Position numbers and translations under genes: made by a program | Part shown: one piece after another, positions 17,875 to 27,390 of the stretch | Position numbering within the stretch: the first letter of the stretch is position 1 | Layout: every line of letters starts with the position of its first letter | The notes under the pieces: generated by a model | Told to the model about the DNA's origin: nothing | What the model saw: the letters and a program-made list of their open reading frames with translations, nothing else | The model's database searches: none | From: Verrucomicrobiota bacterium | GTDB taxonomy: Bacteria; Verrucomicrobiota; Verrucomicrobiia; JABWAM01; JAHFSZ01 | Length of the DNA stretch: 64,000 bases | Direction of reading: 5' to 3' | Assembly: GCA_023265515.1 (NCBI GenBank) | Contig: JAHFSZ010000002.1 | Coordinates: forward strand, 8,358-72,357

Positions 17875-20800
17875 ATGATGACACGCGAAGATAGAATCGA
17901 ACTGCTTCACGAACTGCCCCGCGAGCGCATTTTGTGCATCGATGGCGCGATGGGAACCGCCCTGCAAGCGCGTGATTTGACGGCGAAAGATTTCGGCGGT
18001 GGATCGTATGAAGGATGCAACGAGTACCTGGTCATCACGCGGCCCGATGTGATTCTCGACATCCACAATAAGTACCTCGAAGCAGGCGCCGACATCCTCG
18101 AAACGGACACCTTCGGAAGCACGGCGCTGGTCCTGGCCGAGTATGGCCTGGAGGACCGGGCTCATGAGATCACCAAGCGTGCCGCCGAGCTGGCCCGCAA
18201 GGCGGCCGATGCCTTTTCGACGTCGAAGAAGCCCCGTTTTGTGGCCGGTTCGATGGGCCCTACAACGAAGGCGATCTCGGTCACCGGGGGGGTGACCTTC
18301 GACCAGCTGATCCGCCAATTCAAGGAGCAGGCGCGAGGCCTGGTTGACGGAGGCGTCGATGTCCTCCTGCTCGAAACGGCGCAGGACACCCGCAATGTGA
18401 AGGCCGGTTTGATCGGCATCCAGGACCTCTTTCATGAGACAGGCATTTCCGTACCGGTCATGGTTTCCTGTACCATCGAGCCCATGGGCACGATGCTCGC
18501 TGGGCAAACGGCGGAGGCCTTCGAAGCTTCCGTCCGTCATGCTCCTTTGCTTTCTGTTGGCCTGAACTGCGCGACGGGCCCGGAATTCATGACCGACCAC
18601 ATGCGTTCGTTGCACGAGGTCGCCTGCACCTACGTCTCCTGCGTGCCCAATGCCGGCCTCCCCGATGAGGAAGGCCATTACCTGGAAAGTCCTGAAAGAC
18701 TGGCCGCTTCTCTCGAGCGATTCGCCAAAAACGGCTGGCTGAACTTCGTTGGCGGCTGCTGTGGCACGAACGAAAAGCACATCCGGGCCATTGCGCAGAT
18801 GATCGATGGAAAGAAACCGCGGGTTCCGAAAAAAAACCGCAAGACGGTTTTCACCGGCATCGACCTGGTCGAGGCAAACGAGGACAACCGTCCGCTGATC
18901 GTCGGCGAACGGACCAACGAGGTTGGTTCCCGCCTCTTCAAGCAACTGATCACCGACGAAAAATACGAGGAGGCCAGCGAGATTGCCCGCCGTCAGGTCA
19001 AGCATGGCGCACACATCATCGACATCAACCTGCAAAACGCCGACCGCGATGAGATTCGCGACATCGATGCCTTCTATGACAAAGTCACCCGCAAAATCAA
19101 AGCGCCTTTGATGATCGATACCACCAACCCGGCTTCCATCGAGCGCTCCCTCACCTACTGCCAGGGCAAATCGATCATCAATTCGATCAACCTCGAGGAT
19201 GGCGAGGAGAAGTTCGAGCAGGTATGCCCTCTCGCCCGAAAATACGGCGCCGCCCTGGTCGTCGGCTGCATCGACGAGGATAAACTTCAGGCCCAAGCCA
19301 TCACCCGCGAGCGCAAACTGCAAATCGCCGAGCGTTCCTACCGGCTGCTCACCGACAAATACGGCATACCCGAGGAGGACATCATCTTCGACCCGCTCGT
19401 CTTCCCATGCGGCACCGGCGATCAAAATTATGCCGGCAGCGCGGTCGAGACGATCGAAGGCATCCAGCTGATCAAGCGAAGGTTTCCGCGCTGCAAAATG
19501 GTCCTGGGGATCAGCAACATCTCGTTCGGCCTGCCGCAGGCTGGGCGTGAGGTTCTCAATTCCGTTTTTCTCTACCATTGCACGAAAGCCGGGCTCGACC
19601 TTGCGATCGTCAACGCCGAAAAAATCGAGCGCTTCGCAAGCCTCTCCGAGGAAGACCGGAAGGTTTCCGAAGACCTGCTCTGGAACCGCGGCGAAAAGCC
19701 GGTTGAAACTTTTACCGCCCAGTTTCGGCAGGCACGCAAGAGGGACAAGAAGCTCACCGATCTGCCGCTCGACCAGCGGCTGGCCAATTACATTATCGAG
19801 GGAACCAAGGACGGGCTCATCGATGACCTTCAGCTCAAGTTGAAGGAGGACCGGCCGCTCAACATCATCAACGGTCCACTGATGTCCGGCATGGCGGAAG
19901 TCGGCCGGCTGTTCAACGCCAACGAACTCATTGTCGCTGAAGTCCTGCAAAGCGCCGAAGCGATGAAGACGGCCGTATCCTTTCTTGAACAGTTCATGGA
20001 GAAGAACGAGACCGCGGCGCGGGGCAAAATCGTGCTTGCCACCGTGAAAGGGGATGTCCACGACATCGGCAAGAATCTCGTTGAAATCATTTTGCAGAAC
20101 AACGGCTACTCGGTCGTAAATCTCGGTATTAAGATCCCACCCGAGGAACTCATCAAAGCTTATCACGAACATCGGCCTGATGCGATTGGTTTGTCCGGGC
20201 TTCTCGTCAAGTCGGCCCAACAGATGGTCATCACCGCATCCGATCTGCGCAACGCTGGCATTCAGATTCCGCTTTTGGTCGGCGGCGCCGCCCTCTCCGA
20301 CCGTTTTACACGGACCAAGATCGCCCCTTCCTACAACTATGTTGTCTGCTACGCGAAGGACGCGATGGAGGGCCTTCGCCTGATGGATCAGCTCGGTGAT
20401 CCCAAGCTTCGGGACGAGTTGATCCGGCAGAGATCCGCAACCGAAATCGGCATGGAGTCTCGCGAAACCCGGCAACTTCCTCCTGAATCCGAACTGCGCA
20501 GCTCGCGCGTGCGGATCGACATCCCGATGCCGAAGCTCGGTGATGATATGATGCGCAAGAAGCGCACCGTCCCGGACCTCGATGAGATCTGGAGCTACAT
20601 CAACCCGCAAATGCTCTACGTCCGACACATGGGATTCAAAGCCAATTACGAAAAGGCCCTCGCCCAGCGCGATCCCAAGGCGCTCGAGCTCCAGTCGCTC
20701 ATGGACCAGGTCAAGGAAGAGTGCCGCGCCGGGTTGATGAAAATCCGGACTGTTTGGCAGTTCCTCGAGGCGGAGGCCGACGACAACAAAATCCATCTTT

Positions 20801-21336
20801 TCCAAAAGGGCGGCAAGAAACCCGCCCATACATTCCAATTCCGCCGCCAGCGCAAACCCGACGGACTCTGTCTGAGCGACTATGTCCTGTCGGCTAAGGG
20901 GGGCGAACGGGACCATATCGGCCTGTTCGTGGTTGGGGCGGGTTACGGTATTCGAGAACGATCCGAGGAGGCGAAGCACCAGGGCGAATACACGCGCTCC
21001 CATGGGCTCCAGGCGCTCGCGCTCGAAACAGCGGAAGCATGCGCCGAGTGGCTCCACCGCCGGATGCGTGAAGACTGGGGTTTCCCCGACCCGGCCGGCA
21101 TGACGATGATGGAACGATTTCAGGCGCGCTATCGGGGCAAACGATATTCATTTGGCTACCCAGCCTGCCCGAACCTCGAAGACCAGGCCGGCATTTGGAA
21201 ACTGCTCATGCCAGATGAGATTGGCATCCAACTGACCGAAGGATTCATGATGGAACCCGAAGCAAGCGTGTCGGCGTTGGTTTTTCATCATCCCGACGCC
21301 ATTTACTTTTCGGTCGAGAGCGATGAGCGGCAATAG
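17875..21336 (+). CDS. metH: cobalamin-dependent methionine synthase
   Basis: DGAMGT, GLNCATGP, GGCCGT, GERTN, B12-binding GDVHDIGKN, SGLL and RYSFGYPACP. Confidence 0.97.
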   Translation: MMTREDRIELLHELPRERILCIDGAMGTALQARDLTAKDFGGGSYEGCNEYLVITRPDVILDIHNKYLEAGADILETDTFGSTALVLAEYGLEDRAHEITKRAAELARKAADAFSTSKKPRFVAGSMGPTTKAISVTGGVTFDQLIRQFKEQARGLVDGGVDVLLLETAQDTRNVKAGLIGIQDLFHETGISVPVMVSCTIEPMGTMLAGQTAEAFEASVRHAPLLSVGLNCATGPEFMTDHMRSLHEVACTYVSCVPNAGLPDEEGHYLESPERLAASLERFAKNGWLNFVGGCCGTNEKHIRAIAQMIDGKKPRVPKKNRKTVFTGIDLVEANEDNRPLIVGERTNEVGSRLFKQLITDEKYEEASEIARRQVKHGAHIIDINLQNADRDEIRDIDAFYDKVTRKIKAPLMIDTTNPASIERSLTYCQGKSIINSINLEDGEEKFEQVCPLARKYGAALVVGCIDEDKLQAQAITRERKLQIAERSYRLLTDKYGIPEEDIIFDPLVFPCGTGDQNYAGSAVETIEGIQLIKRRFPRCKMVLGISNISFGLPQAGREVLNSVFLYHCTKAGLDLAIVNAEKIERFASLSEEDRKVSEDLLWNRGEKPVETFTAQFRQARKRDKKLTDLPLDQRLANYIIEGTKDGLIDDLQLKLKEDRPLNIINGPLMSGMAEVGRLFNANELIVAEVLQSAEAMKTAVSFLEQFMEKNETAARGKIVLATVKGDVHDIGKNLVEIILQNNGYSVVNLGIKIPPEELIKAYHEHRPDAIGLSGLLVKSAQQMVITASDLRNAGIQIPLLVGGAALSDRFTRTKIAPSYNYVVCYAKDAMEGLRLMDQLGDPKLRDELIRQRSATEIGMESRETRQLPPESELRSSRVRIDIPMPKLGDDMMRKKRTVPDLDEIWSYINPQMLYVRHMGFKANYEKALAQRDPKALELQSLMDQVKEECRAGLMKIRTVWQFLEAEADDNKIHLFQKGGKKPAHTFQFRRQRKPDGLCLSDYVLSAKGGERDHIGLFVVGAGYGIRERSEEAKHQGEYTRSHGLQALALETAEACAEWLHRRMREDWGFPDPAGMTMMERFQARYRGKRYSFGYPACPNLEDQAGIWKLLMPDEIGIQLTEGFMMEPEASVSALVFHHPDAIYFSVESDERQ

Positions 21337-21350
21337 GCGCTGAAACTTTT

Positions 21351-22700
21351 CTACTTCTTCTTCATCGTTTTGCGTTCCGACGGGGCGCTCAAGTGTGGAA
21401 CCTGCGTGGCGGCCGTCAGCTTGTCGATCCGCCCCTGTGCACGGATCAGAGAATCGCGGGCCGAGTCCTTGCCCGCCGAAAAGAGCAGATCTGTCTCCTC
21501 AGCGACAATCCTTTCGATTTCGGCCCAGAGAGGAGTCGTCTGCAGGGGCCTGGCATAGTAGAGGCTGTCGATGAAGGCACGGTTGTTGATGCTGAGCTTG
21601 CCTGGAAAATCCAGAAAAACGCGGGATTGTGCGGCGGAGACGCGCGCTGGGATGCTTGTGCCGCTCATCGCGAGCTTGGTCTGGCTCGTCGGTCCCGTTA
21701 AAAACCGCACCAGCTTCCACGCCTCCTCCAGATGCTGGGTAAAGCTGGAAATGCCATAGCCCTGCACCAAAAGCGTCGTCGCACGCCTGCGGTTCCTTGG
21801 CATCGGGCTGACGTCCCAACCGAGCCCCTCCTTCTTTTGCAGCTGGGCGGCCAGCGAGCGGCCGGCGAACATCATCGCCGAGAAACGTTTTTCCAACGGC
21901 GGCTCCGGTGAATCCGCCGCGGCAAGCGTGGATTTGGCCTGCGCGACGCGAGACTCATAGATCAGGTCGACGTAGAATTGCAGCGCTGCGGCGTTTCTTT
22001 CAAGCATCGCGGGAGATCCAAGCAGCCATCTTCCGGTATCCGGATCGAAGATCTCACCGCCATTCTGCCAGACGAATGGAGCCCATGCGGACATGTCCGG
22101 ATCCAGATCGAGCCCATACTGGATCATTCTTTCGGATCCCTCTTCCATCAGGGTCAGCCGCTCAGCCGCTTGCTTGAGGTCGCCCCAGTCCCACGAGTCG
22201 CTTGGATACGGGATGCCCGCCCGGTCAAATTTCCGCTTATTGAAATAAAGCACCTGCGTGGAGCACGCGGCCGGCACCGCCCACAGCCTGTTATCCTGGA
22301 AAAAACACTCCGTCAGCCGCGGCTGGAAGTCGAAGAGGTCATCGGCGCGTCCGCTGATGTCGTGCAGCAATCCCTTGCTTCTCATCTGCGCGAAATCGGA
22401 CAGGTCAAGGGCAAAAACATCCGGCATCGCCCCCTTGGAGACTTCCTTCAAGATTTCTTCCAGGTATGCCCGATGCGTGGCGGTCCGGATGAGTTCGACT
22501 CGGATGCCGTGGTTCTGCTCTTCAAATATCGCAGCCTGCTGCTTCATGCGGGAGAATGCGGCATCGTCCGCCCAGAACATCAACCTGAGGCGGACCGCCT
22601 CTTGTTTCGAACAGCCAAAAAGAAAGGAGGCCAGCGAAAGAAGGAAAATGAGGCGTTGAAGTTTGATCTTCAATGAAGTTGGAACTCGTACGCCGCGCAT
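21351..22700 (-). CDS. sugar ABC transporter substrate-binding lipoprotein (orphan)
   Basis: Lipobox FLFGC, PDVF, LYFNK..FD.AG, WDW.DL...A..LT, EAWKLVRFLTG; start uncertain. Confidence 0.85.
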   Translation of the reverse strand: MRGVRVPTSLKIKLQRLIFLLSLASFLFGCSKQEAVRLRLMFWADDAAFSRMKQQAAIFEEQNHGIRVELIRTATHRAYLEEILKEVSKGAMPDVFALDLSDFAQMRSKGLLHDISGRADDLFDFQPRLTECFFQDNRLWAVPAACSTQVLYFNKRKFDRAGIPYPSDSWDWGDLKQAAERLTLMEEGSERMIQYGLDLDPDMSAWAPFVWQNGGEIFDPDTGRWLLGSPAMLERNAAALQFYVDLIYESRVAQAKSTLAAADSPEPPLEKRFSAMMFAGRSLAAQLQKKEGLGWDVSPMPRNRRRATTLLVQGYGISSFTQHLEEAWKLVRFLTGPTSQTKLAMSGTSIPARVSAAQSRVFLDFPGKLSINNRAFIDSLYYARPLQTTPLWAEIERIVAEETDLLFSAGKDSARDSLIRAQGRIDKLTAATQVPHLSAPSERKTMKKK

Positions 22701-22727
22701 TCGAAGTTCGAAATCCGAAATCCGAAA
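22700..22727. repeat. heptamer tandem micro-array (TYCGAAR x4)
   Basis: TTCGAAG TTCGAAA TCCGAAA TCCGAAA between galT and the substrate-binding protein gene. Confidence 0.65.
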
Positions 22728-22734
22728 GCAAGGA

Positions 22735-23766
22735 TCATACCTGTACGTCCTGCATGAATTGCGCGGCGGCCTCCGGCGGCACCGGATTGATGTAAAAACC
22801 GCTTCCCACTTCAAATCCGGTGATCATCGTCACGCGGGGAATGATTTCCACGTGCCAGCGAAAATACCTTTCAAGACCGTCGAGCCGCGCCGTCGTCGTG
22901 GATGAACGAGTCGGGGCTGTGTAGAGCAGGCAGTTATAATGCGGGTGGTTGAGGGCCTTATTGAGCTTCTGAACCACCACCTTGTAACAATCGGCGATCT
23001 GGATAAACTCGTTCTTTTCGGCGGAGTAGAAATCGCTCATCTGCCTGCGAGGAAAAATCGAGACTTCGAATGGAAACCTTGAAGCATAAGGGCAGAACGC
23101 AATGAAGCCGGAATTCTGGTAGACAACCCGCTGATTGTCACGGAGCTCCTGCTGAAGAATATCCTCGAAAATCGATCGCTCTTTCTCCGTGTAATAAGAG
23201 CGCGCATGGTCAAGTTTGTTCTGTACAATGCTGGGTACCACCGGAGTTGCGATCAGCTGGGAGTGTGCGTGGCTCAGCGAAGCGCCGGCCATCCTGCCGA
23301 CATTCTTGAACACCAGCAAATAACGAAACCGGAGGTCCTTTTCCAAATCGATCATGCGCAACTTGTAAGTCTTGAATACCTCCGCGATCTCCTCCACCGC
23401 AAGCGTCTCGAGGGGATGGCCGGTCAGCGGAGTCTCAACAATGATTTCGTGAGCACCGACCGCGTCCATCATATCGTAAATCCCGACCCCCTCGGCGCGG
23501 TTCTGTCCTTCAATCCGCAGGACAGGATAGGTGTTTGGAATGACCCTCACTTTCCAGCCGCCCGTATTGGCCAGTCCGGCCTTGGGACGCAGCGCATAGA
23601 TTTCGGGAGGGGTCATCTTCTCGTTGCCCTCCGCGAGCGGATCGTTTTTCCCTGACTCCGCTTCCGAAGAACAGCTCGAGGAGATGAATTCGGCGGGGCT
23701 TTTCGTGCGCTCGGTCGAAACGATGACCCATCGGTATGTGAGAGGATCCTTTCGCAGTTCAGCCAT
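22735..23766 (-). CDS. galT: galactose-1-phosphate uridylyltransferase family (GalT/HIT superfamily)
   Basis: ELRKDP, RVIPNTYP, GAHEIIVE, GASLSHAHSQ, WHVEIIPR and GFEVGSG..INP motifs. Confidence 0.85.
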   Translation of the reverse strand: MAELRKDPLTYRWVIVSTERTKSPAEFISSSCSSEAESGKNDPLAEGNEKMTPPEIYALRPKAGLANTGGWKVRVIPNTYPVLRIEGQNRAEGVGIYDMMDAVGAHEIIVETPLTGHPLETLAVEEIAEVFKTYKLRMIDLEKDLRFRYLLVFKNVGRMAGASLSHAHSQLIATPVVPSIVQNKLDHARSYYTEKERSIFEDILQQELRDNQRVVYQNSGFIAFCPYASRFPFEVSIFPRRQMSDFYSAEKNEFIQIADCYKVVVQKLNKALNHPHYNCLLYTAPTRSSTTTARLDGLERYFRWHVEIIPRVTMITGFEVGSGFYINPVPPEAAAQFMQDVQV

Positions 23767-23863
23767 GGTTCCCGGCTAACATAGTTGTTGCCGGCAGGCA
23801 AGGCCGGATGCAGCAAGCCGTATTTTTCATTTTCAGCGGCGCATGTTTTTGTTATAGGCAGCC

Positions 23864-24343
23864 ATGGTTAAAAACTTCCCCCTTCTTGTCGCCATCAGCT
23901 CGGCCGTCCTTTTCGGCTGTGAACCCCAGAAACAGCCGCAAGCCGAAGTCGAACCGGAACAGGTTCCTGCCGTCGGCTTTCCAGCAGCAAAGAACCGAAC
24001 CGCCAGCGCCGCTGTTCAAACCGGCCTTCAGACCTATGTCTGCACGCAGCAGGTCGCGGCATACGACCCGGCGAATCCTTCCAAACAGCTCGGTTTTTTC
24101 AAAACGGGCAGCGAACTGCAGCTCACCCTGACGCCAACGGGTCCCGGGATGGTGGTGGTGACCTATCAGGACCCAAGCGGCACGCTCATCACAGCGGTTT
24201 GCCGTGCCGAGGATGTCGGCGTGGCGCCTCCCGGGCAATCCGCGTCCGCTCCCTCGCAAGAGCCGCAAAAACCGAAGGGGCTTTCAGGCGGCGTGAAGAC
24301 CCAAGGCAATCCGAAGTACAAGCCGCTGGGTGGTGGGCTCTAA
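23864..24343 (+). CDS. hypothetical lipoprotein with a 2-Cys SH3-like domain
   Basis: Lipobox LFGC; shares a ~60-aa domain with the next gene. Confidence 0.7.
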   Translation: MVKNFPLLVAISSAVLFGCEPQKQPQAEVEPEQVPAVGFPAAKNRTASAAVQTGLQTYVCTQQVAAYDPANPSKQLGFFKTGSELQLTLTPTGPGMVVVTYQDPSGTLITAVCRAEDVGVAPPGQSASAPSQEPQKPKGLSGGVKTQGNPKYKPLGGGL

Positions 24344-24399
24344 ACGCCTCTTTTTGGCCTGACTTGGCGATGGTGCCGTGGTAAATTTAAGCTGATTCT

Positions 24400-25044
24400 A
24401 TGTTGAGAAACCTGATGAGCATCGCCGTGGTGGCCGGTCTCGTCTACGGCGCCTACGTCGTCAACCTGAAGTACTTCGGAGGCAATTCGTCTACCCAGCA
24501 GAAACAAACGGAGTTCAAGATGGTTCCGTTTGTCTGCCCGCGGGACATCCAGGCTTTTGATCCGGCCTCTCCCAAAAAACTCATCGGCCAGTTCAATAAA
24601 GGCACACAGATCGACGTGGGCATCAATATCTTTGACGGGATGAAAAACGTTTCCTACCAGCAGCCGAATGGACAGACCGTCCGGGCCCTCTGCCGCGCCA
24701 AGGATCTGACGGGTCAGCCCGCTGACGCGCCACTCGAAAAGATGCAGGTGAAAACGAAACTGGCGGGCAATCCCGCGCTGAAAGACAACCCCGACGCGAC
24801 GTGGCTCGGTAATGGCCAGATGACCATCCAACAGGGAGAAAATGGAGGTGTTCCGGGCACCGGTGTCGCCGGCAGCTTCATTCCACTCGGCAAAAGCGGC
24901 GCCAAAGAAGGCAGGACCCTCAGTGGTTCCTTTGAAGGTCAGCAGGACTCGACGCCTCCCCCGTCGCCGTCTCTGAGCCCCGAGCAGGGAATCAAGCAGA
25001 GGGCCAAGGACTTGGGCACCAATCAGGGTTCGGCTTCTCCATAA
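24400..25044 (+). CDS. hypothetical membrane-anchored protein, paralog of the preceding gene
   Basis: N-terminal TM segment; same C..AxDPA.P.K..G.F..G..Y..P.G....A.CRA.D domain; TAAGCT -10 box 6 nt before the ATG. Confidence 0.7.
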   Translation: MLRNLMSIAVVAGLVYGAYVVNLKYFGGNSSTQQKQTEFKMVPFVCPRDIQAFDPASPKKLIGQFNKGTQIDVGINIFDGMKNVSYQQPNGQTVRALCRAKDLTGQPADAPLEKMQVKTKLAGNPALKDNPDATWLGNGQMTIQQGENGGVPGTGVAGSFIPLGKSGAKEGRTLSGSFEGQQDSTPPPSPSLSPEQGIKQRAKDLGTNQGSASP

Positions 25045-25092
25045 CCCTGCACACAGAAGTAGTTATCCTCCTATCGTGCGACTGTCCACCCG

Positions 25093-25689
25093 GTGAGAAT
25101 GTTCGTCGCCATTGATCTGTCTGAGGAGGCGCGTTCCGAGATAGCGGCACTGGTCCTCTCGTTGCGAAAACACGGCGCGGATGTCAAGTGGGTGGAATTG
25201 CAGAACCTTCACCTCACGCTGAAGTTCCTGCCTGATGTCGAGGACTCAAAACAGGATGCGCTTCACAAAGCATTCTCACCGCTCGCACGATCCTTCACGC
25301 CTTTCCAACTGCGTCTTGTCGGCGTCGGTGGTTTTCCCGACGGCGATCGCCCTAGGATTCTCTGGGTGGGCGCCGCTGAAGGTAGCGAGCATGTAAAGCA
25401 GCTCGCCGCGTCTATCGAATCGGTCCTTGAGCTCGCTGGCTTCGCGCGGGAATCGCGCCCTTTCCAAGTCCACCTGACGGTCGGAAGGGTCCGGAGCGCC
25501 AAAAAACTCGCCCCACTCATGGATCAGATCAAGAAGATGCCTTTCTCGTCGGTCCACGGCTTCCAAGTGAACAGCCTCACTCTGTACCGAAGTACTCTGA
25601 CTTCGGCACAGCCGGTTTATGAAGTCATCGGGAAATTTCCCTTGGGGACTCGAGAAACTCCATCGCCTGACCCAGAACAGTGGCGCTAA
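25093..25689 (+). CDS. thpR: RNA 2',3'-cyclic phosphodiesterase (2H family)
   Basis: RMFVAID, HLTLKFL, PRILWVG, HLTVGR, LYRSTL: two HxT motifs. Confidence 0.92.
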   Translation: MRMFVAIDLSEEARSEIAALVLSLRKHGADVKWVELQNLHLTLKFLPDVEDSKQDALHKAFSPLARSFTPFQLRLVGVGGFPDGDRPRILWVGAAEGSEHVKQLAASIESVLELAGFARESRPFQVHLTVGRVRSAKKLAPLMDQIKKMPFSSVHGFQVNSLTLYRSTLTSAQPVYEVIGKFPLGTRETPSPDPEQWR

Positions 25690-26788
25690 AAGTCCCTTGG
25701 GGTGAACTGGGCACCTCAAAGAGCTTTGCCTGAAAACCGTTCTTGGCAAAGCCGCCATAATAAAGGTCGAGGATCTCGTCGCGGTGCACATCGGTCTCAC
25801 CCGCGATCAGGGCAAACCGGATGTTCCTCTTGGCGGCGGCGACCATTTCCGCGGAATGCGCGAAAACACCGTAGCCGCTGCCGCCCCATTTGACAGCCTG
25901 GTAAAACTCGGCACCTGAGCATGGGATAGATCCACGGATCAGTTCCGGGTGCTGGAAGGCAACTCGCGCCGCCATCCGGCCTCCCTCGCCGAGGCCGGCG
26001 ACATAGACACGGGACGGGTCAATCTTGTATTCCTCCATCATTTTGAGGATGCCCACCACCGTGAGGCCGACACGCCGTGCCTCGGCATCCTGATCGCCGA
26101 CATTCTGCGCGGCGATGAACAGAAGGTTTCGCTCGTTCAGCACGGCATCCCAGCCCCATGGGATCTCCACTGTATCCCTTGAATTGATGAAAGCCACCAA
26201 ACCGAAGGGCTTGGACCCGTCATATTTTGTCGGGACGTAGATGTAAAATTTTTCCTTGTCCATCTGGTAGCTATAGTCAACGTCGGGGTTTCGATGGGGG
26301 ATCTTCGGGGGCTGGCTGAAACTGTAAAAAAAACCTCCCGCCTGCTTGATCGGAGAAACTGACGTCGAGGAAGAGGTTAACGGCATTGGGCGGGCCGGCG
26401 CGGGATCGAGACTCTCAAGCGGCTTCGGCTTGATAGGCGCGGGCGGATTTTGGGCGGGTTGCGGCGCTGGCGTGGAACTGAAAACCGGCGGCTTGGCTGG
26501 CTGCGTTGCGTGCACCGCCAGTTCCGGAAAATATCGAGATTTTTCCTCGGCGGCAAGTTGGTCCGGTGTCAGGTAGATCATTCCCTCGGGAAGCTGGCAC
26601 TCCAGCCGGCCCGGCTTCACCACAACGGTTTCGAACCTCATCGTATTGCCGTTGTTGAGCTTGACCGCCACTTCGGCATTCGAAACCGATTCCATCAAAA
26701 AAAAGCAGATCAGCGCGAGGAAGCCCCCGCGGACGACATGGCTCGTTCGCCGAAATCGCTGCTGAAACTTGTCAATCCTTTTAGGCAT
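25625..26788 (-). CDS. exported alpha/beta-hydrolase-like (PHB depolymerase/esterase-like) protein with a degenerate catalytic site
   Basis: Signal/TM segment, Pro-rich linker, YVPTKYDGSKPFGLV, IDPSRVYVAGLGEGGRMA (Gly at the expected nucleophile Ser position). Confidence 0.7.
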   Translation of the reverse strand: MPKRIDKFQQRFRRTSHVVRGGFLALICFFLMESVSNAEVAVKLNNGNTMRFETVVVKPGRLECQLPEGMIYLTPDQLAAEEKSRYFPELAVHATQPAKPPVFSSTPAPQPAQNPPAPIKPKPLESLDPAPARPMPLTSSSTSVSPIKQAGGFFYSFSQPPKIPHRNPDVDYSYQMDKEKFYIYVPTKYDGSKPFGLVAFINSRDTVEIPWGWDAVLNERNLLFIAAQNVGDQDAEARRVGLTVVGILKMMEEYKIDPSRVYVAGLGEGGRMAARVAFQHPELIRGSIPCSGAEFYQAVKWGGSGYGVFAHSAEMVAAAKRNIRFALIAGETDVHRDEILDLYYGGFAKNGFQAKLFEVPSSPQGTFSATVLGQAMEFLESPREISR

Positions 26789-27035
26789 CTTGTTGTAAAA
26801 AATATAACACAAATCAACTGGTTTGCTGAGTGAAATGTTACAGGGTTGGCGCGTGCCTGAAAGCAGAAAAAAGCCCGTTTTAGGAGCAACAGGGGGTTAT
26901 TTTGGCTCCCTTGAGGCCCAGGAGAGGATTGCCAAACCGGCTGCCGCCCGCTAAATTCTGTTACGCCGAAACCGTTCCGGCGCCCTGGCACGAGATCCGA
27001 TCATCGAAGAAAAAAACTTTCTGCCCCGCAATACA

Positions 27036-27347
27036 ATGGATGACGGCCAAATATTACAGCAAGTCCGGGCGATCTATGTGCGCAATGCGGTGGACACGCA
27101 GTTTCTCCAGATCGATGTCACCAGCAAGGCCGTATTTGTAAAAGGCGTCTTCACCGTTACCATCTACAAACCCAAAAAGAGCGGTCCGGAAAGTGCGGCG
27201 GATGTCACGAAGCTCAAGGACGAAGTTCGGCGGACTTTGCGAAATATTGAACAACAGATCATTGCCATCGGCGAAATCAAATCTTTGAACTTTGAATACG
27301 ACAACTGGATGAGAAGCCCGACGGGATGGGTGGAAAAGAGGGTCTGA
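27036..27347 (+). CDS. hypothetical protein, weakly BON-domain-like
   Basis: D..I...VR......VD...L.I.V....V.V.G pattern; clean ORF filling an intergenic gap. Confidence 0.6.
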   Translation: MDDGQILQQVRAIYVRNAVDTQFLQIDVTSKAVFVKGVFTVTIYKPKKSGPESAADVTKLKDEVRRTLRNIEQQIIAIGEIKSLNFEYDNWMRSPTGWVEKRV

Positions 27348-27390
27348 AACCCCGGGGTCTCCGCCCTGGAAGGCGAGCACGGATCAAAAT

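Noticed and set aside
17779..21057. 1092-aa antisense ORF opposite metH, and similar long shadow ORFs (e.g. 14615-16213, 55691-57547, 59761-60927)
   Set aside because: They mirror well-supported genes on the other strand, show no recognisable motifs, and are expected from GC-rich codon bias.
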